The position numbers were made by a program, and so were the translations under genes. Source: Amoebophrya sp. A120 (lineage: Eukaryota > Protista > Dinoflagellata). From it: a stretch of DNA of 64,000 nucleotides. How positions within the stretch are numbered: the stretch's first letter is position 1; every line of letters begins with the position of its first letter. The notes under the pieces are model-generated. The model worked only from the letters and a program-made list of their open reading frames with translations. It did not search any database and was not told the DNA's origin. Positions 36,728 through 47,900 of this stretch are shown here, piece by piece. The DNA is taken from positions 10,148,146-10,212,145 of the forward strand of contig CAJINV010000002.1 in NCBI GenBank assembly GCA_905178155.1, in the 5' to 3' direction.

Positions 36728-39256
36728 ATGGGTCTTCAACGGGAGTTTTGTCTGCCCAAAGGTCCCCCGCCCAAAGGACCGCCGTCGTCGTCGCCCCCCT
36801 CTGCGCCACCGTATTTGCAGCCGCCCCCTGCGATAGAGACTGTGAAAAATGCAGCGGGTCCGGCCGCTGGCCATCCGTCGTCGCCGGCTCAGGTCCAGGA
36901 GATAACTGAATCCGTTGGTAGCAAGACCGCTGATGCTAGTAACATGAATCGCCCGGTAAAAAAAATTGAAGCTACTTCCGCCACCACCATGGCCAGCTCT
37001 TTAGTGGATGTGGAGGTAGGGGGAGAGGCAAAAGAATCTGACCTGGCTCCCATCAGCCTCTCTGCCGAGCAGTGGACGAAAAACCGGCGCGGTAGCAAAA
37101 GCAAAAAAACGGCTCGCAAAAGCAGCAAGAAGAAGAGTGCAGACCTTGTCGAGAAGAGTACAACTCGTGCGGTTGGTCAGGATGAAGATAATGAGATCAC
37201 ATATGTTGACATCAAAAGCAGAAATAGTCAAGGAGGACGCGGCACGTCGGCGGATGCAGATACAACTGTCTTACCAAACAAAGCAGCGAAGGAAGACGAA
37301 GAGGAGTTAGAACGAAGCGGAAGTTTTGCAACTACTACCCATTATACCCTACAGTCGTTGTCCCTCGGGTTCGATTTAGACACACTGGATATCGATTTGA
37401 ATGCGCCGCACACTCTTGCTGACAAGTTTTGCAGAAACGGGAGCAAAGCTAAAAGAGTAAGAAATGCGCTCAGTGGTGAAGATGATCGCAATTTAATCGC
37501 CGCGGAGGAAAATCCTACAGAAGAAGGCGAGAGAGGGCTGCGGACCGACGTTGCAGACGGGAAATGTGGGCAGTCGGAGCGAGACTGTGGTGGCAATGTG
37601 AAGAAGGAATCTGTTCCTGAGCAAGTTCAAGCTACTCCAAGACTCGAGGTAAAAATTTGTGCTTCTAATTTACTCATTTCCATTACGAAGTATCAGAGAA
37701 TTCGGTCAACAACTACGGCGCACCTATCTGAAGAGATGAGGAGTTTTTGGGGCAAAGAGAGAGAGATGATCCATGATTTCTAAAACACTTCAGCCCGTAC
37801 TGTCAGAACATTGTGATGTCTCTTTGATAAAAAATCCCGCCAGCTTCCGCTGCCATACACCACACGTTCGTTTCCGGAATCCAACGAGCTGCAAAACGTG
37901 GCTTGCTACGAAAACTATCATCCCGACGCCGTCCTGCCGTGGTCGTACACTAGTATGGCCGCAACGTCTTCCACCGCGAATAATCACATAGTGAACACAA
38001 GCAGTCGCGAACGCGATGTGGTTTTCTCGTCGACGAGTACTTCGGCTGTTCTCTCCGATCATACCACGACCACTGGCAACAACAAGACTGGCAACAACCT
38101 GCAGATCAGTGGCCCCAGTAGCTCTATCTCCACGTCCGCGCGGCACTCCCAAAAGTCGCAATCGAGCACCGCATCCATGCTCATGTTTGAGGAACAGGAA
38201 GCAGCACACGAAAATCTTCGCAACCATTCGCAACCAACTGGTTGTACTTCGCAAAACACAAGGAACTGCTCTGGAGGCAGTACACAACAACAGCATCAGC
38301 GCAGCGACGGTGGACCACTACAACACGCATACGATTTATTGCCAAATTACAACAAGTACAATTCTAACCCCGGAGGTAGTTGTACGACGGGTGGCCCCGC
38401 AACATCCTTCTCCCGCACGGGCTCGAGTAGTGGCGCAGATTTCGAGGACACAGTGCGGACGCTCTGGAAGTGGCAACAGCAGGTCAGCAAATTTTCTCTG
38501 GAGACGCTGTTTTACGTGTTTTACCAATTGGTCGACGACATTATGCAGGCGTACGCGGCGGAGGAACTGTATAATCGCGGTTGGAAATACCACGTCGAAC
38601 GAGAGCGGTGGTTTTTCAAGCGAAAAACCGTGAAAAACAGCGTCGTCAGAAACGACTTTCGGGATGAGGATTCTGCCATGGTGCACGATGACCAAAATCA
38701 ACAATATCCGTACAACCAAATGCAGGAGCACCAGCGCACTTTTGCTGCTTCTGCTTGTTCATCATCTTTCTCTAGTGCTACAAGCTGGGAAATACATCAT
38801 TGTGCTCAACAGCATCAGACAAACCAACAGCAGCAAATGCGCAGGGGCTTTGGTTCAGCATCGCAGCCGCTAAACGTGAGCTACAGCAGTAGCTCGTTTG
38901 GAAGCGCCGTGGCAAAGGAGCAGCAGGAGTGGGAGTGGATTACGTGGGATTACTTAAACTGGTGCGAGCAGAAGGTCCTAGTGTACGAGAAGTACGTGGA
39001 GAGATTTGTCAATTACAGCGGTGAAGAAGACGAAAACGAAAATTCTGCCACAACTACAGCACTACACCCGCCCGGAGTAGACAGAAAACTGGCAAATCAA
39101 GAGCAAAATCCTACTTCTAGTAGCCGTAGTACAACCACCAGTAGGAAAGATAAGCCCCACCAAGCCACGCACTTCTACGTTATCCCCAACACGATGCAGG
39201 AGTTCGTGAGAGAATTTTTGCCGGCAGAAGCCACGCGCGTCGGCGCGGTCGTATAA
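36728..39256 (+). CDS. CNOT2: CCR4-NOT subunit NOT2-like; GT-AG intron 37649-37843
   Basis: LSLGFDLDTLDIDLN motif in exon 1 and NOT-box KFSLETLFYVFY...QAYAAEELYNRGWKYH...WF in exon 2; intron joins in phase 0. Confidence 0.85.
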
Positions 39257-39364
39257 GGGAATTTTGTGGAAAGGCGCGGTGCTACTTTGTGGCCTCGATA
39301 GCGGCATCCTACTGCCTCGTTGGACGTGGTCCGTCTATGTCAAAATTTAGTGATTACAACTGTC

Positions 39365-39423
39365 AGAAACTATATCTCCTTTGAATTTTTATCAGATAAA
39401 AATTCAAAGGAGATATAGTTTCT
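39365..39423. repeat. Perfect palindrome, 29-bp arms with 1-nt loop
   Basis: AGAAACTATATCTCCTTTGAATTTTTATC-A-GATAAAAATTCAAAGGAGATATAGTTTCT. Confidence 0.95.
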
Positions 39424-40246
39424 TGTTCTCTTTGGCCGAAACCGAATCGATAACGAAACAAACGGCGCAAACCTAACAAAGTAAAGAGTTGATATCTAGT
39501 GATTCGGAAATACTCAATCCAGTGTAATGCTGCCCCGCGAACTTTTTTTCATACTAGAGAAACTTCCACGCTCGTAGATGAACAGACAACTGCACACACC
39601 TATTCTGCGCAACAATTGACTTTCTTAGAAACCGCACAATCTTCCAGTATTCTGCAATCGCGTTTTGAAAAGAATAAAGAATCAATTTACTCGCCCAAGT
39701 ATTTGAATTTTCTTACTGCTAAGCGAATGATCGGCGAAGTCTATCATGCCTGTCCGATTTGCATTTTTGTTCCAAGATTCTTCTCTGGTTGCGGATGCGA
39801 TCATCGTACTTGTTTTGTTCACCTACGGCACTTCGTTCATCGTGGTCATCGTTCTTCGTTGTTGTCCTCGTACTTCGTTGCTGTGCTCGTACATTTTCTC
39901 GCGCTCTTTTCCTCGTCCTCCCTGTCTGTTATGCAGTGGTCTGCTTTGTATTCAACACGTAATCGCTCTCTTCTCGTGCTTCTCCTGTCCACGTCGTACT
40001 TGCAGCTGGTGCTGGGTGAGTGATTTTGGTCCATACTTCATTCCACTACACAAGAGCGCAGGCATCCCTTCACTGCACACTGCTTTCCTGTTTCGGTATA
40101 AGTATATTTGAAAGTAGAAGTATAATTCTACCCACTGGTGCTGTATCGTGATGAGGTCGAGGTCACGCGAAAGTATCCATGAATCATAAATACTCAGATG
40201 ATACATCGGTGCAGCTAAAAAAAGTTGAAGTTTGCGACAAATAAAG

Positions 40247-43200
40247 ATGGGCCAGGAGCAAATCCCGACGTCAGAGTTTACCAAAAACATCAGCACGCCG
40301 ATGGAAAACGAAAAGCAAGGGTCCTCGGAGAGTCTCCTTCCCTTGCAGGAGGATCCTCAAACGGCCATGCACGGTGCGGATTCTAAAAATCACGATATCA
40401 ATATCTCACATAATTCCACCGCGATTCTGATTCCCCCCTCCTTTCGTGTGTCCGTCGCGAATATGGTTACCGGGGACCTACTGCCCAATGTAGAGGAAAA
40501 GGTCTGGGAAAGCTCTGCCACTACTGTTAAGGACCTGCGGCACTTTATCGCCGAGGAGCTGAACCGCCGGAATGCGCTGCTCGACTTGGAAGAGGAAAAA
40601 GCGCAGCAGCAGCTCCGGGTCACGCAAGGAAAAGAGTTTTCACCGACGTGTTCCCCGAGTGCTAGCACTTCTTCACCGAGTGGCCGCTGGCAGCGATCCT
40701 CGACTCCGCTTGAGGATACCAGTACCTTTCAGACCGTGGCTCCTACTTCCACTGAAACCAACACGAGCTGCTCCAGCGTGTCAAGTCCACCAATAACTAC
40801 CACTCCGTCCTCTCGTCCGGCTTCGGGAGGATTTTTTTCCTCGTCTGTACGGGCGACGACGGGGCAAATGCAGGATTGTCCGGCCGGCACCGATGTTGAG
40901 CAGTCTTGTGCGTACAAGAAGCGACAAATCCACTGGGAGCACATAATTTTGCTCATGGCTCCACCCGGTTCTGCGGAAGGAAGTGAGGACCAGGATGACA
41001 CGGAACAGGTGGAAGATGGGGATGTTGACGAAGATTTCTCTGAAAATGAGGATATCTCCTCGGTCTTCTCCTCGGAAAAAGAAGACCAACAGATCACGAG
41101 TAGTTCTCTGCCCAGACGTGCCGTCGACGACGCTGGCGACCTCGGATCATTCATAACGCCTTGTGACGGCGCTCTCGAAAGCGGCGGGCCAAAAGCGGCT
41201 CATGCAGGGACCACAAGTGACAGTCCTGCCTCTGCAAGCGACGAGGTAGGCTCGGCATTGCGGCAACTCGGAGAACAGGAGGCGATGGATGCTGAGAAAA
41301 GCAATTGCAAGCTGCTTGACTGGATTTTATCGTGGACAACAACGACTTCATCTTCAAAGAGCAAGGGTGCAGCGGTACAACTGCCATCGATAGATTGTTC
41401 TGACGTGCGAATGAAGGTGGCACGTCACAAGAGCTCCAGCGTCGTCGACTCTATGGAAGTGGATTCCACCGCGGTCGGTGAGCTTTCTCTGAGTGGTTCA
41501 GTTTGTCAACTACATCAGGCTAAGAACAACCCAGGAGCGGACATATCGGCGGCAACCGAGAAGAACGTACTGCACTCTGGAGCCGTCGCCGTGTCGTGTT
41601 TGCTACTTGAGCCCGACACAAATTTTGCAGCGCCAGAAAGAAAAAACGAGGTTCGGGCATTGAAAAAGTTCTCGGAGCCGTGGTCCTGCTCGACGAAGTG
41701 TGGTTCTTCAAGCGAGGGTGCTGCAACATGCACCACCAGTGCTGGCACTAGCTCCGGCAGCAGCCCGAAGACTGCTATCGTGGAAGCGTCGTCGTTGACT
41801 AAAGTTTCTCCATCCTCCTCGCTCACGCTTTCGAGCGAGGAAGAATTAGATCCCGTCGACGGCGCGCGGACAGAAAGAACGACCACCGGCGACGCCTTGC
41901 GCAAGAGAAAACAAGACGAGTCTGGAAGTACCAAGGACGCGCTTGTCGGCACCTCCGAGAAGAAGAACAAGACAGAGGAGTTGGCCGGTGGTCGGGCTGC
42001 AGAGAAAGCCTCCCGTTCTTGCAACATCCTCCTCGCGCCGTCAGTTGCGCAGACGGACGCAGAGCGGAGAGAAATAGAAATCGAAATCGAAAACAACAAG
42101 CAGACTTCAAGACTGGCTGCTGGATCATTGAAAGACACAAGTGCAATAGTTGCATCAGCGTCGTCTACTGTTCCTCCTCCTGCTGTACTGTCACCCGCAC
42201 GACAATTAGGACCACCTCCCGTTTTCCATCTGTCTTACTGCGTCCGTCAGTGGAAGGAGTTTGAATCCTATCGCAAGAAAAAGGTGTTACAGTTACACAT
42301 TGTGTTGCAAGACCGGCAACACAGACAACCAGTCGCATGCAGGAAATGCTTGGGAGGCTCGTTTCCTTCCTGTTTTCCCTTATGATCTTCGCATTACAAG
42401 TTTTCTCTGCCACACAGAGAAAATCTGTGGTGCAGAAACTCCAACAAGTGTGTAACTGTATCACTTTTTTCTCGTGATAAGTCCCGGGCGGAGCTGAATG
42501 CCGCCCTCGAACCCTTCCGTGGTCCCTGGGACCCCATGGAGCCCTATTGGGACCGCGAGGACCCCGTGGACTTGATGCAGCAGCGGGTGGACGAATACTC
42601 GGAGGAGGAGAAGCGGAAGATTGAGGAGGAAAAAGCGAAATTTCAACAGATCTACGGGCCGCTCCGCGTGTGGGACGTGTCCAAGATCCAGAACTTCGCC
42701 TCCCTGTTCTCCCGCCGGCCCTTGTTCAACTGCGACATCAGCGGGTGGGACACCAGCAGCGCCGTGGACATGCACTGCATGTTCTCCCGGGCGTTCAGCT
42801 TCAACCGGCCGCTGAACGATTATCAAAAGGAAAAATCCCCCCTCCCCATACTGAAAAGGTATGTTTCTAAAGAATTTGTGATGCTGATTTGTGACCACAA
42901 ATCCTGTCTCTCTTGCAAGAGGGCAAACTCAGAGACTCCGCCACGGTATGCAGGCGATTTGTAATGCTGCAAGGCCGATAGGGCAGACGTCTGCCATGCT
43001 AGGCCCCTCCACTAAGAGGCCCCCCCTTAGGCTTGTTACGATCTGCGTGCAGTCCTTTACTGCAAGACAAACGTGATTTGTGTACTCAAATACAGCAACA
43101 CAGATTAAGATTTCCGTTTTGATATGGGGAGGGGGGATTTTTCTTCTTGATAACGACTGGGACGTGTCCAAGGTGGTGGACATGGCGGGCATGTTCCACG

Positions 43201-44027
43201 AGGCGCTGCGGTTCAACCTATGGATTGCAAAAATGTCTGGGTCTGGAAGAGTCGGGACTTGTCATGCACATTTTGCATGACCCGTGAGGTCTGTGATGCT
43301 GGTGCTAGCATCACAGATTTTTTGAGAGCTTCTTGATGCTAATTACGCATGAGAAATTCCCTCTTCGCGTGCCAAGAACTGACTCCTCTTGCTGCTCATG
43401 CAACACAGATATTTTGAGAATCCGCAGACAGCATTACAAGCTGCATTCTTCCATACCCAGACATTTTTACATTTGATACAACCAGGACCTGTCCAATTGG
43501 GACGTTTCCTCGGTGGAAACGATGAAGGCCATGTTCATGGCCGCGGAGAAGTTCGACCAGAAAGTCAGCTCCTACAGCTGGGACGTGAGCTATCAAAAGT
43601 AAAAATGTCTGGGTCTGGGAACTGGTGATGCTGGGTAGCGTCTCAGGATGAGGCTACAAATGCTGGCTCAGCATGACAAGTTTCTGAGCTCCTAGGCGTT
43701 GCCTATTGTGCATGACACACTGCGCTTCTGCATCACAGAAAAGCGGAGCTTTTGGGTAACGTGCATGACAGATTTAAGAGTCATGCCAGACAAACATGAA
43801 TTCTTCCAGACCCAGACATTTTTACATTTGATATGAGCCGGGTGCAAACGATGCAGTACATGTTCAACGACGCGTACGCCTTCCACGACGGGGACCTGCT
43901 GGAGCAGTGGGAGCCCCACTTTCTGCGCCTCTTCGGAAACTGCACCCAGAAGGCGATCGGGGACGTCTTCCACGGCTCCAAGATCTACTGGACCCGCATT
44001 CAGTTTCTCACCGTCGGCCACGCCTGA
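40247..44027 (+). CDS. Protein with C-terminal DUF285/BspA-type surface repeats, interrupted by four TIR elements
   Basis: Reconstructed repeats FNCDISGWDTSSAVDMHCMF, FNRPLNDWDVSKVVDMAGMF, FNQDLSNWDVSSVETMKAMF, WDVSRVQTMQYMF. Confidence 0.85.
42269..42479. mobile_element. Introner-like TIR element, family E, 211 bp
   Basis: TATCGCAAGAAAAAGGTGTTACAGTTACACA ... TGTGTAACTGTATCACTTTTTTCTCGTGATA; imperfect direct repeat AATCC (42264-42268) / AGTCC (42480-42484); frame restored to KEFESRAEL. Confidence 0.9.
42821..43152. mobile_element. Introner-like TIR element, family B, 332 bp
   Basis: TATCAAAAGGAAAAATCCCCCCTCCCCATA ... TATGGGGAGGGGGGATTTTTCTTCTTGATA; imperfect direct repeat ACGAT (42816-42820) / ACGAC (43153-43157); frame restored to PLNDWDVS. 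Confidence 0.92.
43219..43478. mobile_element. Introner-like TIR element, family A, 260 bp
   Basis: TATGGATTGCAAAAATGTCTGGGTCTGGAAGA ... ACCCAGACATTTTTACATTTGATA; direct repeat CAACC at 43214-43218 and 43479-43483; restores FNQDLSNW. Confidence 0.95.
43591..43833. mobile_element. Introner-like TIR element, family A, 243 bp
   Basis: TATCAAAAGTAAAAATGTCTGGGTCTGG ... CCAGACCCAGACATTTTTACATTTGATA; direct repeat TGAGC at 43586-43590 and 43834-43838; restores WDVSRVQTM. Confidence 0.95.
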
Positions 44028-44936
44028 GCCCGGGGGTCGTCGTCGTGTGCAGGAGCAGGCTACAAGTTTATATGCGCTATCCTTTTATCAAGCTATTTTT
44101 CTCTGTTGTCTACCTTGTTTCGATCATCGTTTCCGTTGTAAATCTTCCATGATGTCTGTTAGTTGAAGTTCCTGCTTCTGCTGAGAGGCAGCTTCTCGTC
44201 GTGCCCGTCAACTCGGAATAGATATGCATGCCTGGAGCATGTTTAAGCCCGTGCGTACGGTTTTTTTTTCTTTCACGAAGCTGCGCGAACATATTTCAAA
44301 ACAGCGCTCAATGTGCATAATAAAGCACCCAGCAGACCAGTTGCGTTCTTTCGTTTCTGTTCTTGAGTTGGGGGGTCTCTGTTGCTTGTCAGTCTCCACG
44401 ACACTTTTACGACGGGTGCGCAAATCTAGCGAGAGTGTCGAGCGAAGATTAGCGTCCAGCTCCAGAAGTGCTGCTGCGCGTGCGACAGGGCAGGTTTCTG
44501 AGTCGATTTTGCGATAGTGGTGAGCGAGCATATTAATTTGGATCCCAGTGAGGGTCGCTTACAGAATACACATGATCAGTGAGGGAGAATAGAAGATAAG
44601 TACCAAACTGTATGACTGTGAAAGATCATTTCAAGAACGTCTCCATCGCGAATCTAGCTTTGATGAATGCTCGCCACTGGCAATCGAAAAAATGTCAGTG
44701 GCCCCCGAATTTCTTTCGTCCAGTCGAGGACCGAAGCGCCGGTCAGGTCTGCCGCCCGACCGGGTAGTTGGCTGTCGGATGGTTGCTTGCGGAAGACAGT
44801 AGAACTACTTTACTTTCTCCAACCGTAAGGATGCGGTGCGAGGCAGCGAAACCACTATCCGCACCAGAACAGCCTTTCCTAGTTGCACCCTAGTCGCGTC
44901 CGCAGCCGCTCCCGCCGGAGAGACGTACGGAACAGC

Positions 44937-47900
44937 ATGGGGAATGCGGCGGCGCAAGCGAACCGCACCGCCAGCGCGGCGGCCAAGAAAATGCTGGCGC
45001 CGGAGCTGGTCCAGGCGCTCGAGGAGAATGCCAACGATTTAAACTACTGGAACGGTCTGTGGCAGGGTGTGGAGGACCGGCGGTCGGAATTCTTCGATCT
45101 CCAGCTGCTCGAAGAGGGGGTCATGAAACTCCTGGAACACAAGTACCACTCGCCTGAGCTGGAGTGGCGCGTGACGGGCGTGGCCATCGCGCGTACCTTT
45201 TTCCCGTACGAGCTGGCCCGAAAGAAGCTGATCCGGGCGGATTTTGTCTCCGCCGTGCTGATTCTGACCATGGAAACCACCAGCGACACGGTCAGCCAGC
45301 AGAAGGTCGACGAGCTGCAGATTTTCGCGGCAAAGCTGTTCTGCGAGATGGCGGACTACCAGGACTTCGAGCCCGACCTGTGCAGCGGGTCGGTGCTGAA
45401 CTTTCTCTGCATCGTGTTGAACCAGCTGGAGGAGGCGGAGCAGCTGGTCACGCTCACCTTCAAGAAGCTCTCCCGCCGCACCGAGAACCTGATCATCCTG
45501 ATGGAGGGCTCGGTGGGCGACATTCTGGAGTCCTACTTCAAATTGTCGTTTGCGCAACTGGAAAAGGAAACCGAGGCGGACGTGGCCGCGGACCAGTCCA
45601 AGGCCTTCGCCAACTGCGCCTTCACGCTCGGACAGTTTTTGAAGTTCGGTTTCGAAATGCAACTCGACTACGACATCGTGCTTTCCCTGATGCAGGCCGC
45701 CGTGTACCACGACGCCGGCCGGCAGGGCGAGCTGGACACCATGTTGGCCTACTGGGTCTCCGAAAAGCTGATGGCGGAGTGTGTGCGGCTGTTCTACTGG
45801 CACTGCCGCAATTCCACGCGGGGCATCGTGGACATCATCGAGGAGGCCGCGCCAGACCGACAATTGGGCACGGGGATACAAATACTCGTATTTGATTTAT
45901 ACTTTTTTATCGATTTGCATTTGATTTCATCTGAAGAACTGCTTCTTGAGCGGGCACCTTTTCCCGCACAGAAGTGCCACGCGGTCTTGTGCCTCCGGAG
46001 TTTCGTCCGCACGGTACTTGTTACAGTTGTGATTACAGTGTGGCTGTGCGTTCTAGCTCAGACATGCATTTACGTACAGAGGTGTTTCCTCTGCTACTCT
46101 TCTTCGTGCACTTTTTCGGGATGTTATCATTGTCACAGGTGTCCTACTGGCGACAGCACTGCATTCCGTCGTTCGAGATGCTGCGGGACTTCGACAAGCT
46201 TCCTGCGGCCCAGAAGCAGCAGCTCATCAAGAAAGAGGATGGGGAATCAGAACAGGCGCAGCGCAAAGAGGTGGTGTGCAACATGAACATCCTGTTTTGG
46301 ATCCTGATCCCCGACTCGCAGCTCCGCTGGTTGATGAAGCGAAACTCGCTGGAGCGCCAGGACTTGATATTTGAGCTGCTTTACATCGAACCACCTCCCA
46401 TGGTTAAACTTGAGATCAAAGACAACCCGTCCGCATCGTCGAGTGCGAGTGCGGATACAGGGGGCGGTGGGGAACCAACGACTGCCATAGCAGCAGCGGC
46501 CACGGTATGCTGTTTTGCAGTAGGTGGGTGCCATGCATCAACGGGTTTTTGTAAAAATTAGGCAAGAAATGACGAAAAAGCCTGCGTTGATTTGTGCACC
46601 AGCTTGTTGACTTAATCACAGTGGAGACAGAACGACAGTGAAGTATCAAAACTTGAAAACAGCGCGTGGTTACCGTCGTAGACCACCTCGCTCTTTTTAA
46701 CACGAGTCTGTGCGACCGCACGCTTCGAACCGCCAAATTTGTCCTCGACAGTTCGGAATGCGAGCCGCTGGCACGCAGGCTGGCGGAGCGGCTGCTGCAG
46801 ATGTTTGTCTATTTAGTCGACAAGCACGCAGAGTTGTCCGCCGTCGTGAAGCCAAAATTAGAATCCGGGACTACTGGTGCCTCCTCCAGCAGTAGAGGAG
46901 GGCAGCAGCAACAGGACCCGAGCGCTCTCGGCGAAGGGGCGGCGGCAGCTGGGTCGCAGCAGCAACCGGGCGGTGCAGCAGCCTCGGCGCGCTCCGCCTC
47001 TGCGGCATCTTCCCGAGCCAGTGGTTCGGCAAGAGATCCACTTCAACCCGGCGGACCACTGGCGTCAAAGGAGAAGAAGGGGCCGAAGAGAATCAACTTG
47101 GACAAGTACGCGCGGTTTCCGATCACTGTCTGCGACCAGCTGTTGGAGTCCATTTCGTTGGCCGCCTTCCGGCGCGACGTGTGCGCGTCATTCGCACAGC
47201 AAGATTTGTTCGCGAAGCTGTGTTACTTCCAGGATGTGATCATCGAAGCGAATTTTAATCCTGGCGCGCTGAGGGCGAAGACTGGCCTCGGGTCCATCGG
47301 CCGCTCGCTGCTCGCGAGCACGCGGCTGATGACGCTGCTCGCCAGCCACCCGGGGCACCGGCTGCCTTGGTGTGTGGCCTCGGAGTCGGTGGGGGGCGAA
47401 AACAATCACTACCCGCCCCCGGAAGACTTTGACCGCACCGTGGACAAGCTGGCGGACTATCGAACGCGGCTGAAGCAGCTCGCGAGCCAGGACCAGGCGA
47501 CCGACAGCGCCGGGGGTGGTGGGAGTACTAGTAGCAAGCCCGCGAAGGCCCGTCAGCTCACGCCGGCGCAGGTCCGGGAGGAAGCTTTTGGGAACAATTT
47601 GGACACGATCCTGACCTTGACCCGCTCGGCGATCCTCCAGAAGGACACGCTTTTCGGTGCGTTCACGGGTGAGATCATCGAGAAATTCCTCGGCATCCTG
47701 CACTGGTGGCGAGAAAACTCCAGTCTCCGCTACGCGGAGGAAAAGGAGCTGATCGCGACGGGAGGCGAGCAGAGCAACGAGGACGGCACCACCGGGCTGA
47801 ACGTGTACGACGTGGACCACGTTTTGGCGGACTTCTTCGGCAAACGCAATCTGATGGCCGCGGAAGATCCCACCGAGGCGGACGATATGCTGGAAAAGAT

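Noticed and set aside
42269-43833. CRISPR-like repeat-spacer array
   Set aside because: Repeats are inverted element termini, the spacers are in-frame exons, and there are no cas genes in a eukaryotic context.
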